In this document: piece by piece, positions 38,611 through 48,946 of the stretch | How the letters are laid out: every line of letters begins with the position of its first letter | Position numbering within the stretch: position 1 is the first letter of the stretch | Source: an uncultured candidate division Zixibacteria bacterium | Lineage (GTDB): Bacteria > Zixibacteria > MSB-5A5 > GN15 > PGXB01 | Length of the DNA stretch: 64,000 nt | NCBI GenBank assembly: GCA_963813655.1 | Contig: CAWEZN010000007.1 | Location: 241,183 to 305,182 of the forward strand | Reading direction: 5' to 3' | Notes under the pieces: model-generated | What the model saw: the letters and a program-made list of their open reading frames with translations, nothing else | What the model was told of the DNA's origin: nothing | Databases searched by the model: none | Position numbers and translations under genes: made by a program

Positions 38611-39879
38611 ATGAAAAATGTTTCTAATTTCAGCCCATCCAAACTGAAGTTTAAAGTTTGGGATTCAATCAAAAGCAGACACGACGAGAGATCACTTCTC
38701 TACTTCCCGGGAACCGGGGGAAGGCCCTCAGGGAAATTCGACTGGAGCGGCAACGGTTTCCAATCACAGAGATTTCGCATTGACCTGTACCGATTCCTGA
38801 GGGACAATATCCCCCTTTTGAGCGCTTGCATCTGGACATGGAGTCGTCTCGCCTCAGCTCCCGGCAGGTTTGAAATTATTGGCGCTTCGGACCCGTTGAG
38901 AGTGAAGGCCGAAAATTATCTGGAAAAGTTAGCTCTCCGACTCTACCCATTCTCATTTCATAAGATGGGGGGATTGGAGTCGTTCCTGCCATTGCTTTTC
39001 AGTTCGCTATTTACCGATGGAGCATTTGCCGGATTTGTAATCGTCGATACGGGAGCAAATGGCATTGAAAAATTCCAGCCAATTGATCCGGCCTTTATTG
39101 CCCTCGACGAAAATTTATCCTCTGGCGGAATTGTACTGCAGACAGACAAAGGGGATCTGAGAATCAATGACGACGATTTCTATTATCTTGGCTTGAATAC
39201 CGATATTCGTCATGGTTTGGGGAAATCGATCTTGGACTCTATCCCATTCGTCTCATATATCGAACAGCAGTTGATTGATGACATGCGCCGCACGACCCAC
39301 AATGCCGGGTATCATCGTCTGCACGTCAAGATCATCCCTCCCGAGAAACAGTCGGGCGAGAGTGATGATGCCTATGTCGGTAGAATCAATGAATATTTCG
39401 ATTCCACCGTCAGCATGATAAGGGAATGCGATCTCGAAGATAATCCTGTCACCTGGGACAATGTGAAAATAGAGTATATCGGCCCCGACAACGCCCGAGG
39501 CGGCGGTAACACCTGGTTTTTCAATCATCGCGCCATGGTGGAAGAAATATGCTCGGGCGCCAATTTGGCGCCATTCATGCTTGGATACAGTTATGGGACT
39601 ACCCATAACTGGGCGCAATTCAAATATGATCTGGTAATGCGGCAGGTGCTATCGATTCAAAGGCAGACCGCCCGATTCCTCGAATGGCTCGGGAATATCG
39701 AACTGGCCTTGAAAGGTCTTGACTGCCAATGCCGGTTTATTTTTGATAATGCGCTGACATATCTGGCCTCAGAACGCGCCGAGATTGAAAAATCGAAGGT
39801 CGAAAATATAATCAAATTATATTCGGCGGGGCTGATGGACAAAGAAGCGGCGCAGGTCGCGGCCAAGAGTCTGCTGTAA
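38611..39879 (+). CDS. phage-like structural protein, possibly portal (track ORF opens at 38365; the ATG at 38611 has a GGAG ribosome-binding site)
   Basis: About 420 aa gene directly upstream of a large terminase. No motif could be verified by eye. Confidence 0.3.
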   Translation: MKNVSNFSPSKLKFKVWDSIKSRHDERSLLYFPGTGGRPSGKFDWSGNGFQSQRFRIDLYRFLRDNIPLLSACIWTWSRLASAPGRFEIIGASDPLRVKAENYLEKLALRLYPFSFHKMGGLESFLPLLFSSLFTDGAFAGFVIVDTGANGIEKFQPIDPAFIALDENLSSGGIVLQTDKGDLRINDDDFYYLGLNTDIRHGLGKSILDSIPFVSYIEQQLIDDMRRTTHNAGYHRLHVKIIPPEKQSGESDDAYVGRINEYFDSTVSMIRECDLEDNPVTWDNVKIEYIGPDNARGGGNTWFFNHRAMVEEICSGANLAPFMLGYSYGTTHNWAQFKYDLVMRQVLSIQRQTARFLEWLGNIELALKGLDCQCRFIFDNALTYLASERAEIEKSKVENIIKLYSAGLMDKEAAQVAAKSLL

Positions 39880-39898
39880 AATTTGAATACGGCTCTGA

Positions 39899-41299
39899 TT
39901 GCGGTATCGATTAAACAAGATGCCTTCAGAAGCACATGAAACAGCGATTCCCGGCGAAAGCAGTGTCGTGTCTCTCTCCGAAGCGGAATGGCGCAGGTCG
40001 GTCTGCGACATTCCCTTTTTCGCGCGGACGTTCCTGGGAATCGTTCCTCATGAAGGCCAAACGCTATGGCTGGAAAAAAGTTCGAAACCCGAGAATCTTC
40101 TGGTCACCGGGAACCGCTGGGGGAAATCGTTTGCCGAGGCGATAAAGATTATCCATCATGCCCTCTTTCGTATCCGCGAATTGCAATACGATCGATGTGG
40201 CAAATATCATATCGTAACTGCCAGTATCACCTTGGATCAAGCTCAAATTATATTTAACACAGTACTGCGCATTCTCAATAATAATTGCCTCATCAAAGGG
40301 CTGGTTGAAAAAGTAACCGTCACTCCGTATCCGAGGATTCTCCTTGGCAACGGCGCCATAATTGAGGCGCGCTCGACTCAGAGGCGGGGAGAATATCTTC
40401 TGGGTAACGACTATGATTATTTTATTTATGACGAAGTCGCTTTTGATCATGATGCTGAATATGTCATCAACGAAGTAATCAGAATGCGTCTGGCCGACCG
40501 CAAGGGGAAGCTCGATCTGATCTCCACCCCGAATGGCAAGAACTGGTTTTATCGCGAAATGAAAGAACTTACAGATCGTCCGGCTGAGGCTTACTTGCAA
40601 TCGGGCGACTCACGCGATAACCCCTATATATCCTCGGACTATCTTGAGATGCAACTGAAGTATCTGAGTGACAAAAGGGTGGCGCAGAACATCATGGGAC
40701 AATTTGTGGATTCCGGAGGAGAGATAATTCCGTCAAAACATATCGACGCCGCTCTGATCCCGGGGCTCCCGCCCGAAGACATAATACTTCCACGAAAAGG
40801 ATGTCGTTATATCACCGGGTGGGATCTGGCGCGAAAAAAGACAGCCACAGTCGGCATTACAATCGAAATCTCCAATGGCTTATGTAATGTCGTGGCTCTC
40901 TCGAGAATCAAGAAATGGGACTGGAATATTATCATATCGGAAATAAGAAATCGGCAGAGGTTATATCCGGGAGGACTGGTTATTGATGCCACCGGGCTGG
41001 GTGATGTTGTGATTTCCCAGTTGGGTGATCTGAATCCGACGGCTTTTATCTTCACGCCGAAAACGAAGGCGGAATTATTGACCAATCTCGAGTTTTGTCA
41101 TTCGATGTGCAAGATTAAGTACCATCGATGGGAGCTGCCTGACGATGACGGGCGGGTCTGGTCTCTGGAAGATGAATTACGATCCGCCCGATGGGATGAT
41201 AATAATACCTGCGACAGCCTGATGGCTTTAGCGCTGGCTTTGTGGCCGCTTAATAGGCGCGAAGTGCCTCTCATAAGTCCAAGAGTGGCCAAGTTATGA
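39899..41299 (+). CDS. terL: phage terminase large subunit (ATPase + RNase-H-like nuclease)
   Basis: Walker-A-like LLVTGNRWGKSF, Walker-B-like DYFIYDEVAF, and C-terminal nuclease-like region VIDATGLGDVVISQLGDL. Confidence 0.75.
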   Translation: MRYRLNKMPSEAHETAIPGESSVVSLSEAEWRRSVCDIPFFARTFLGIVPHEGQTLWLEKSSKPENLLVTGNRWGKSFAEAIKIIHHALFRIRELQYDRCGKYHIVTASITLDQAQIIFNTVLRILNNNCLIKGLVEKVTVTPYPRILLGNGAIIEARSTQRRGEYLLGNDYDYFIYDEVAFDHDAEYVINEVIRMRLADRKGKLDLISTPNGKNWFYREMKELTDRPAEAYLQSGDSRDNPYISSDYLEMQLKYLSDKRVAQNIMGQFVDSGGEIIPSKHIDAALIPGLPPEDIILPRKGCRYITGWDLARKKTATVGITIEISNGLCNVVALSRIKKWDWNIIISEIRNRQRLYPGGLVIDATGLGDVVISQLGDLNPTAFIFTPKTKAELLTNLEFCHSMCKIKYHRWELPDDDGRVWSLEDELRSARWDDNNTCDSLMALALALWPLNRREVPLISPRVAKL

Positions 41300-41364
41300 G
41301 TTTGGTGACAATACTGGCCGGCTAAAACTATTCTATCGGGGATAATTGCCAGCCGCCAAAGTAA

Positions 41365-41395
41365 GGGCCGAGGTTTAAAATGTTAGACCTCGGCC
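41365..41395 (+). terminator. 9-bp hairpin 65 nt after terL (possible terminator, weak U-tract)
   Basis: GGCCGAGGT-loop(12)-ACCTCGGCC. Confidence 0.3.
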
Positions 41396-41781
41396 AATCA
41401 AAATTGTCTTGCGGGTTTGAATTTCCTAAAACGGAAGATGGGCGCCGTACAAATCGTTGAAAGTGATACACAAAGTGGCAATAAAAATAATTCCTGCCAC
41501 AAGCCACTTTAACGAAATTCTATGTTTGGCTCTGTAGACTACCATTCTACTCCTCGCTGAAATTACATCAAACATGCTTGGTCAAAGAGCAATTCTCATG
41601 CCCATTCCGGGGCGTCCTTGTGCCAGAGTAATGTATTGTAACGCAACATATTACATTTCTTGATTCACATCGCAATGTGAGGCTTGGCAGTTTCTATGAA
41701 AGCGGTTGCATATAGAGCCATCAATTTTACTCCAAAATCGATGGTGATCACGATAAGAGGCCGTTTAGTGAAGGAGATAAG

Positions 41782-43599
41782 ATGATCGAACTGATAGGAA
41801 AAATTAAGGCTGAACTGGTCGAAAAGGACAGTTCTATCCCGGAAGGGTTGATCGAAAAGATAAACTCCAATGTACAACCGCCCGAGCCGGTGAATTCGGA
41901 CAATGTCTATATCCGCGCTATGTACATTGTCTCTGATCAAATCAATAGTTACGGCGGAAGATTCCCCGCCGACGAGCATCAAAAGCTGGCGGACCTTTTA
42001 ATTGATTCACCTGTGCTGATTGGTCATCGGAAAGATACTCTTCCGATAGCTCGCAATTTCCACGCGGAACCGGTTATGCGAGATAACACTAACTGGGTGA
42101 AGGTATATTTCTACTGGCTGAAAAATTCCGAGGCCGGGGAAGAGCTGAAAAACAATATTGACGCCGGCATTTATAAAGAATGCTCCATCAGCTTTATCTT
42201 CAGCTTCCCCGAATGCAGCATTTGCGGGTCAGATATCCGCGAATGTCGCCACCAGCCATTCCATGAATACGAAACCCAATGCGGCGAAAAGACGGAAGCG
42301 CATTTTAATTATCGTCGGATCGAAAAAGTTCTCGAAACCTCTCTGGTCTACCGAGGATCGGTGAGTGATACTTCAATCACAAAGGAATTGGCCTTCCAAA
42401 AAGACGAGCCTGAGTTCGCGAGATCAACCATAAAGCCTGTTTCGGTTCCGATTATTAATCGAATTTGGAAATTGGAAAGCCTGGACCAACAGGCTGAGTA
42501 TCTTGTGATGCCGGCCTATGAGGGATTGCGGATTCTCCTCAGAAAGACCGGCGGCGCTATTCAGCTGCAGAAGGCTGACGGTACACCAATAAAATTCCCT
42601 CGCTTCGACCGAAACCTGAAAGCCTTTCGATTTCCCGGGGTCGATTTCACCTGCGATTGTCGTCTCGTCGGGTATCGTGGGAAGGAAAGACAGAAGGCCG
42701 GCGAACTCGTGAAATTCATAAGGGGCGAAACCTCTTCAGTCTCTCGAACAGAGCTAAAAATATATGATCTCGTTGATCTCGATGATGCCGACGTTTCCAA
42801 ATTGAACGCAATTGAAAGGCGCGAAAAACTCGAGGAATTGTTCGGCGCTGTCAAAGGTATTCTCCCTCCATCGGAATTAGTCAGTGGCGATAATTCTCAT
42901 AATGCCTTGAAAAATATCGGGACCCGCCATGGAATTGAAATATCGTCGGTGCATTCTGCTGAAAAATATCTGTTTACTCGTCAAAAATTAGTTCGGGCGA
43001 TTGTCCTCCGCGAAGAGGAGGCGGCGCAGAGGAATAAATACCACTTTGAACTTCTGGTCGATGATAAATCTGTTCCGGTAGATTCGCCCGTTATATCAAC
43101 TCTGCGACTGTCAGTGGGGGAAATAATAGATTTAAGGGTGGCATCGGTAAACATGGTTGGCGATTCAGTCCAATTGATCGACCCGGTCGTATTGGACCGA
43201 TATGGGGAGTTGGGCTCTCTCGATTCGATATCTCTTTCCAGCGGGTGTCTCGGTAGACGATTACGGGGAACTTATAGTCTCTTCCCGATTAATCCCAGAG
43301 AATCCGCTTTGATATTGAATCATGGCAATGGCGGGGAGATGGAGCGCTATATCATACATCGTTTCTCTCCCCGCCTGATTGATAACGGGCGAGTCTTTCT
43401 TATCGAAAAATCCGAAAAGCCGGAACTACTTTCGGATCGCAATCAAAGAGAAAACAGAATAGTAGATTGTACTGTAAGCGACAGCTCCATCACTCTGACA
43501 CTTGCCGGCCTCATCCGCGGCCGATTTGCGATAAGACCGGCAAAGCTCAATGACAGAGTGGTTACTGTACTTCAGAAAATCGAGGATATATCAAGGTAA
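41782..43599 (+). CDS. phage prohead protease (HK97/S78-like) N-terminal domain fused to a roughly 400-aa extension of unknown function
   Basis: Protease-like block SPVLIGHRKDTLPIARNF...DAGIYKECSISFIFSF in the first 180 aa. The remainder has no recognisable motif apart from a ligase-like AYEGLR segment. Confidence 0.45.
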   Translation: MIELIGKIKAELVEKDSSIPEGLIEKINSNVQPPEPVNSDNVYIRAMYIVSDQINSYGGRFPADEHQKLADLLIDSPVLIGHRKDTLPIARNFHAEPVMRDNTNWVKVYFYWLKNSEAGEELKNNIDAGIYKECSISFIFSFPECSICGSDIRECRHQPFHEYETQCGEKTEAHFNYRRIEKVLETSLVYRGSVSDTSITKELAFQKDEPEFARSTIKPVSVPIINRIWKLESLDQQAEYLVMPAYEGLRILLRKTGGAIQLQKADGTPIKFPRFDRNLKAFRFPGVDFTCDCRLVGYRGKERQKAGELVKFIRGETSSVSRTELKIYDLVDLDDADVSKLNAIERREKLEELFGAVKGILPPSELVSGDNSHNALKNIGTRHGIEISSVHSAEKYLFTRQKLVRAIVLREEEAAQRNKYHFELLVDDKSVPVDSPVISTLRLSVGEIIDLRVASVNMVGDSVQLIDPVVLDRYGELGSLDSISLSSGCLGRRLRGTYSLFPINPRESALILNHGNGGEMERYIIHRFSPRLIDNGRVFLIEKSEKPELLSDRNQRENRIVDCTVSDSSITLTLAGLIRGRFAIRPAKLNDRVVTVLQKIEDISR

Positions 43600-43600
43600 T

Positions 43601-43900
43601 ATGCGTGAAATTGATAATAAATATTCATGGCTGGCCCAACTGAATCGTCCGATCGTCAATTTTATCATGGCTTTGCTGGGAATGTCGGCGGCCTATTTCA
43701 CGACCATTGCGAATATCAAAGTGGAACTGGCGGAAAAAGCGGAATCGGCTCTTGTAGAGGCAATTGATAAAAAACTCGCAAGGCTGGAGGTCACTATAAA
43801 AGAGGGGCGGGTCAGCAAAGATGAATTCTATGAATTCAGAAATAATATCGAATCACGGTTATCGAGGATTGAATTTTATTTATCGGAAAAAAGGAGATAG
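43601..43900 (+). CDS. small membrane protein (phage module)
   Basis: Transmembrane segment IVNFIMALLGMSAAYFTTIA followed by a charged coiled-coil tail. Start is the internal Met of ORF 43550..43900. Confidence 0.4.
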   Translation: MREIDNKYSWLAQLNRPIVNFIMALLGMSAAYFTTIANIKVELAEKAESALVEAIDKKLARLEVTIKEGRVSKDEFYEFRNNIESRLSRIEFYLSEKRR

Positions 43901-43903
43901 ACG

Positions 43904-44317
43904 GTGAAACAAACGAATCTGAATGCTGAATATATCAAGACTGTCTGTGAATATCTGGACAAAGAATCAGTCGAGTTGATTGACTTTGACGCCCTGAAGA
44001 AAGCGCTCAGCGAGGCGGCCAACTTGAAAGAGAATCTTGTCGCTTGCATCTCTGAATTGGAAAATCTGAAAACGGAGTATCGGGACCGGATTCTTGGAAT
44101 GTTGAAGGCTAACATCGCGCTTAAAGAAGATCCGCAGGATTTGGAAATGGTCGCTCGTCTTTCGGGGGATTTGTCGGGAATATCCTCCGAGGATCTCATA
44201 AAATTGCAGGCCGCCACGACCTGTCGTTTCCGACGTAATTTCCCGGCGAGCTTCAAGTATCTGACGCCTTCCAATCCCGGCGGCAGAGACAACAACTGGA
44301 CTGATTATAAAATCTGA
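43904..44317 (+). CDS. coiled-coil protein, candidate scaffolding protein
   Basis: Heptad-rich acidic 137-aa protein located between the protease and capsid genes. GTG start. Confidence 0.35.
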   Translation: MKQTNLNAEYIKTVCEYLDKESVELIDFDALKKALSEAANLKENLVACISELENLKTEYRDRILGMLKANIALKEDPQDLEMVARLSGDLSGISSEDLIKLQAATTCRFRRNFPASFKYLTPSNPGGRDNNWTDYKI

Positions 44318-44379
44318 CTTGTGGGGAAATCCGCCCCGTTGGCCATGCGGGCTATTGCCCGGCCTCTTATAGAAACAAA

Positions 44380-44817
44380 TTGAAAGGAGAAATGATGAGC
44401 ATAAGAGAACAAAATCTGGACACAATCGCGCCGGTTCTGGCAAGTTTCAAAATATCGCAAACAGCGAATATCGATGACTTGAAAGACACCGACATCGGCA
44501 AAGCGGTTACAATCACCAACAACTATACCGTGGGGCCGTGCGGATCAGGTTCGGCGCTTCTGGGCAAGTTGATAGCTCTGACCCTGAGCGACGCCGACAA
44601 TGGCAAACGTACTGCAACCGTGCAGGTCGGCGGGATCTGTCGCCTTCCCATATCAACCACCTATCCGTCGGTCGGCAATCGTGTCGTCGGCGGCCCAAGC
44701 GGCACCGTGCGGCAGGCTCCGGTCCTGACCGGATATGATCCCGCCGGAGGGAATATTGCCCGCGGCACCGTGCTATATGTCAACGGAACCACTGACTGTG
44801 TCATCCTGCTGAATTAA
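44380..44817 (+). CDS. small Gly-rich structural protein (possible head decoration)
   Basis: 145 aa, Gly/Thr/Val-rich, immediately upstream of the capsid gene. Confidence 0.3.
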   Translation: MKGEMMSIREQNLDTIAPVLASFKISQTANIDDLKDTDIGKAVTITNNYTVGPCGSGSALLGKLIALTLSDADNGKRTATVQVGGICRLPISTTYPSVGNRVVGGPSGTVRQAPVLTGYDPAGGNIARGTVLYVNGTTDCVILLN

Positions 44818-44830
44818 AAGGAGAAAATGA

Positions 44831-45934
44831 ATGAATTTCAAAAAGTTTATTGAATCGGCCGCCGTACAAAAAGAAAATGCCGATCTTGCCCGCCGCGAAT
44901 TGTCAGGACCGCTTGACCTGACCCGCGCGACAGAAATAAAAGTCGATAAGGGTCTCTATCTTGAAGCCGAATCGAGGGGAATGACCCTCAGCGAACTCCT
45001 GGAAACCTCCGAATATGACCCGACACCCGGCGGATGCCCCCTGGACGCTTTCGAGCGGCAACTGGCTCTGGCAGGTGTGAGACTGGGCGGTTCGAAGTCG
45101 ACAACGGTGGAGCAATTGTACCAGATGGCTCCTGCCTTGATGCCCGAATTTATTCTTCGCGAAATCAAAAAAGGGCAATCGATGCGTCCGGAACTGTCGG
45201 CTATAATTGCCAATTCTACGACCGTAGCCAATAACCGATACACCCCGTTCCATATCGATACTTCCTCGACCGACCGCCTCTCGCTTCGCCCTATCGGCGA
45301 AGCCAGCGAAATCCCGCAGATTCTGGTCTCCGAGCAGAAGCACTCGATCAATGTCCCGGAGTACGGCCTCGGAATTAAGGCCAGCTACAAGGCCTTAAGA
45401 TACCGAACCACGGCGCAATTCCGCGTTCTTCTGTGGTACATTGGGTTCCGCCTGCAGACCGACAAGCTCGGCCTGATTGTCGATTGCATTATCAATGGCG
45501 ACGGCAACTCCAACCCGGCGAGCATCGTGAATACAGCTGCTTCGGGATCTTTGACATATGATGACCTCATTACCCTCTGGGCGCAATTTGCGCCGTTTGA
45601 GATGAATAATATCATATGCCATGTCAATAATCTGAAAACCATTCTGACCATGAATGAGTTCAAAGATCCTCTTGCGGGATTCCGCTTTCAAAATAGCGGC
45701 GAACTTTTCAGCCCTCTGGGAGCATCGCTGGTGCGGTGCGATAACGTCCCGACTGACTTGGTAATCGGATTGGATTCCCGCTTTGCCATCGAGGAAGTTA
45801 TTACCCAGCCGCTGATGGTCGAGTATGACAAGATTATCGAGCAGAGATTCGAAGAAGCCGTCATATCTGAATCAGTGGCCTACGCCAAGGTAATTCGCGA
45901 AGCCTCTGTCATTCTGGATACGGTTTTTGTGTGA
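44831..45934 (+). CDS. major capsid protein, HK97 fold
   Basis: 367 aa. Lies downstream of the protease and scaffold candidates. CIINGDGNSNPASIV resembles the HK97-family INGDG motif. Confidence 0.55.
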   Translation: MNFKKFIESAAVQKENADLARRELSGPLDLTRATEIKVDKGLYLEAESRGMTLSELLETSEYDPTPGGCPLDAFERQLALAGVRLGGSKSTTVEQLYQMAPALMPEFILREIKKGQSMRPELSAIIANSTTVANNRYTPFHIDTSSTDRLSLRPIGEASEIPQILVSEQKHSINVPEYGLGIKASYKALRYRTTAQFRVLLWYIGFRLQTDKLGLIVDCIINGDGNSNPASIVNTAASGSLTYDDLITLWAQFAPFEMNNIICHVNNLKTILTMNEFKDPLAGFRFQNSGELFSPLGASLVRCDNVPTDLVIGLDSRFAIEEVITQPLMVEYDKIIEQRFEEAVISESVAYAKVIREASVILDTVFV

Positions 45935-45973
45935 TGGTCTAACCCGGTCCGGCGATATGCCGGGCCGGTTTCT

Positions 45974-47398
45974 TTGAGGAGTAACATGCAAAATCATCTT
46001 TCAAACAGCACGGCCGCTTATAAAGCCGGCATCAGCCCGGCCAAAAGATTATTCCGGGTAACATCAGGTTCATACGCTGGAAGGGTCGTCATACTTCTGC
46101 AGACTTCCCCGTCAGAAATTAAACTCTCATACTCGGACTATCCCTATTCTGTCTGGAGCGCACTCCAGACGGTAATAAGCGACAGCGCCGATTTTCCCTT
46201 CGATGCCTTCATGAACGATAGCGGCCATATTTATATCGCCTATACTTTGGGCGCCGGAAATGATTTGGTAATGCGCAAGCTCACACTGTCCGGTGAAAGC
46301 TGGTCGGCTGGGGCGCTGAATACCATCTATAATGGCGATGATAACTATTTCCCATCAATCAATTGCGAACCGAACGGCCGTATATGGGTGACCTGGAGCA
46401 GATTGTCTTCCGGCCTGTACTATGTCAATGCCAAACTTTCCGACGATGATGGTGTAACTTGGCCAAACGGCCCGACCAGTCCGGGAAGCACTCTCAGCTC
46501 AGGCGCCGATTCAGCCTATTCCAAGATCATTATCCGCGATCCATATAATTACTGCATCTATACTCTTGGGCAGGTGAAACTGGCTTATCGTAAGAAGCAT
46601 TTCAATATCGCGCTTTGGGACTCTGAAGAAACTATTGCAGCCGGCTCCGGCTTCGATCACAATTTTGACGCCGCCATTTCTCAGGACGGAAGAATCGGCG
46701 TGGTTTTCGATGATGCCAAAATCAGATACCGCGAATTCGATGGCTCATCATGGGGAACATTATCAGACATAGACGATAACGGTGGCGAGTTTCCCCAGAT
46801 AAAATTCGTCAATAATGTTCCTTATTTGGTTTACTTGTCGGACTTTGGGAACGGACAGAAGAAAATTCTTTATTCCCGCCGAGAATCGGGTAGCTTCTCT
46901 ATACCGGCGATTTTCGATAGTCGCAAGTCTGCATTATCCAGAGTTTTCTGCTACCGAGCCGTTACCGGAGACTATGACGACTTGACTGATGCCGCGGAGA
47001 GCAATACCTCCTCGGATATTTATCACTCGAGTTCCGGAGTGATATTCAAAGATATTGCCGATGCTCTCTATCTCGGGCTAGATGAGAAATTCCACTATCT
47101 GAAAATCCGTCTTTCCACAGCGGGCTCAAGTGGCTCGGTAAGCTGGCAATACTTTAACGGCCAGGAATGGATTTCCTTTTCGCCGGTCGGCGGCAATTAC
47201 AATTTCGACATTGCCGATAAGCAGCTTCTCCTCTGGAACGATTATAACTCTGTTCCCGCAGATTGGCAGAAGAAATCTGTTAACGGAATTGAGAGGCTCT
47301 GGATCAGGATTGTAGTTTCCTCGCCATTTACGACTGGTCCTGTCGGCTCGCAGATAACATCGATATCAAACGTCGGCGCGATCGTACTTATGGAGTAA
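45974..47398 (+). CDS. BNR/sialidase-like beta-propeller protein (candidate tail spike / receptor-binding protein)
   Basis: SDDDGVTWPNG Asp-box and repeated hydrophobic-strand blades. 474 aa. Confidence 0.4.
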   Translation: MRSNMQNHLSNSTAAYKAGISPAKRLFRVTSGSYAGRVVILLQTSPSEIKLSYSDYPYSVWSALQTVISDSADFPFDAFMNDSGHIYIAYTLGAGNDLVMRKLTLSGESWSAGALNTIYNGDDNYFPSINCEPNGRIWVTWSRLSSGLYYVNAKLSDDDGVTWPNGPTSPGSTLSSGADSAYSKIIIRDPYNYCIYTLGQVKLAYRKKHFNIALWDSEETIAAGSGFDHNFDAAISQDGRIGVVFDDAKIRYREFDGSSWGTLSDIDDNGGEFPQIKFVNNVPYLVYLSDFGNGQKKILYSRRESGSFSIPAIFDSRKSALSRVFCYRAVTGDYDDLTDAAESNTSSDIYHSSSGVIFKDIADALYLGLDEKFHYLKIRLSTAGSSGSVSWQYFNGQEWISFSPVGGNYNFDIADKQLLLWNDYNSVPADWQKKSVNGIERLWIRIVVSSPFTTGPVGSQITSISNVGAIVLME

Positions 47399-47401
47399 CC
47401 T

Positions 47402-48220
47402 ATGTCATACACCAATATTGAATTGATAAAAAAGCATATCAGTCTAAACTGCGAAGCAACCGGAAGAAGGGACGATTATCCCGTAATCTTCGAAGGTACC
47501 GAGTGGATATCCCTTCCCTGCCATGCCATTGTCCCCGGATCTGTCCGCGTGAAAGTAGCGGCCGGTTATTTTCCGGTCATGGAAACTATAACATTTCTCG
47601 CGGATGAAATTGCGCTTGCTCATAAACCTTTAATTAATAATTCAGCGGCGGTTGCCTCAGACACTTCTCTCTGTTCCATATATCTGGAAAATCAGGATTA
47701 TATGATTGATAATGCCAACGGTATTATCCGACGCTTTCCCGATGGAAGCATCCAAGCCGGAGGCACGGTTATTGTCTGGTACTATTACTATTCGCTGTAC
47801 GAAGAAGGCGCCGACTACGCCGTAAATTATGCCGAGGGATCGATTCGACGCCTGGCGAACGGTAAAATTCAACAGGGGCAGACGATTCTGGTCGATTACG
47901 AATTGTCCTCATACCAGCTCGGTGACGATATCATTGCGGGCGTTGCTTCCGAGGCAAATTCGATAATTGAAAAAGAAATTGATCCCCAGAAGCAATTCGG
48001 CGCCGACTCCACTTTGCAGACCTCAGCGACATATCTGGCCATGTCAATCTTGTGCCGCATTTTGGGCGCCAATAATACGAAATCCGGAGCGGTGGGCTAC
48101 TCGGGCATAAAATCCGACGGATGGCTCTCATTGTCCGCCAGCTATCGCCTCGATTTTGAGAAATTAATCAAACCATACCGCCCGCAGAGCGCACGTCTAA
48201 GCGGGCCGACTCTTTCATGA
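47402..48220 (+). CDS. hypothetical structural protein (phage-like module)
   Basis: 272 aa. Starts 4 nt after the preceding stop. Confidence 0.35.
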   Translation: MSYTNIELIKKHISLNCEATGRRDDYPVIFEGTEWISLPCHAIVPGSVRVKVAAGYFPVMETITFLADEIALAHKPLINNSAAVASDTSLCSIYLENQDYMIDNANGIIRRFPDGSIQAGGTVIVWYYYYSLYEEGADYAVNYAEGSIRRLANGKIQQGQTILVDYELSSYQLGDDIIAGVASEANSIIEKEIDPQKQFGADSTLQTSATYLAMSILCRILGANNTKSGAVGYSGIKSDGWLSLSASYRLDFEKLIKPYRPQSARLSGPTLS

Positions 48221-48600
48221 AAGGACTAATAATGCATGCCTTAACATATTTAAGAGGCCGCCGACTCTGGTTCGTCAGAGAGTACACTGTATGGGGACTG
48301 GCTGATGATGCCGAGTTACTGTACCTGGGGTTGGAGCAGATCGACTCCACCGGGCGGCTTATGTTTGGAAAGTCAACCATAGGTGGGGCCGCGCAAAATG
48401 CTCTCTTCGGCGACATGGTCGATTTTAGGGGGAATCGTCTGCCGACCTCCATCACTTCGCCGCGTGTGGTACCCCGTCCCCGTTCGCCCCATGCTGTCTA
48501 CATGATAGGGGAGGAGTCCGACACCGGATTCCGAATCGCGCGCGATCCCGATTCCCCCGGTCCGATTGCTACCGATTTATTCGTCTTCGAATTAGGATAA
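48217..48600 (+). CDS. hypothetical protein (phage-like module)
   Basis: 127 aa. Overlapping start/stop ATGA. Confidence 0.3.
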   Translation: MKGLIMHALTYLRGRRLWFVREYTVWGLADDAELLYLGLEQIDSTGRLMFGKSTIGGAAQNALFGDMVDFRGNRLPTSITSPRVVPRPRSPHAVYMIGEESDTGFRIARDPDSPGPIATDLFVFELG

Positions 48601-48625
48601 TCTATAACCGAGAGTTTGACAAATA

Positions 48626-48946
48626 ATGAAAAAGGATAATAAGACCAAGACTAAGACTAAGATTGGGGCCGGGCAAGAAGAAATGCCAAGCAACAATGAC
48701 CTGGCAATCATTGAAAATATCAGAAATGTGTTGTACGGGTTATTCAATAAGCAACCATCTGATACTAAAGTGGGTGATATCTTGAAAGTAATAGAATTGA
48801 GACAGAAGCTTCTGGCATCCGGCGACCAACCGAATAAAGATGCCTTTTGGGCGAGGATCAATAAAGTGCGAACGCAAGAGTTGACCAATGCGGATCCCCC
48901 CTCCAGTACAAATATATCATCAGCCAAGAAGGGGGAGGCCGAATGA
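48626..48946 (+). CDS. hypothetical Lys-rich small protein
   Basis: 106 aa with KTKTKTK N-terminus. Confidence 0.3.
   Translation: MKKDNKTKTKTKIGAGQEEMPSNNDLAIIENIRNVLYGLFNKQPSDTKVGDILKVIELRQKLLASGDQPNKDAFWARINKVRTQELTNADPPSSTNISSAKKGEAE

Noticed and set aside
42480-42620. ATP-dependent DNA-ligase-like K-x-DG-x-R adenylation motif in the 605-aa protease fusion (MPAYEGLRILL)
   Set aside because: The catalytic lysine position is Ala and no other ligase motifs (III, IV, V) were evident. Probably coincidental.
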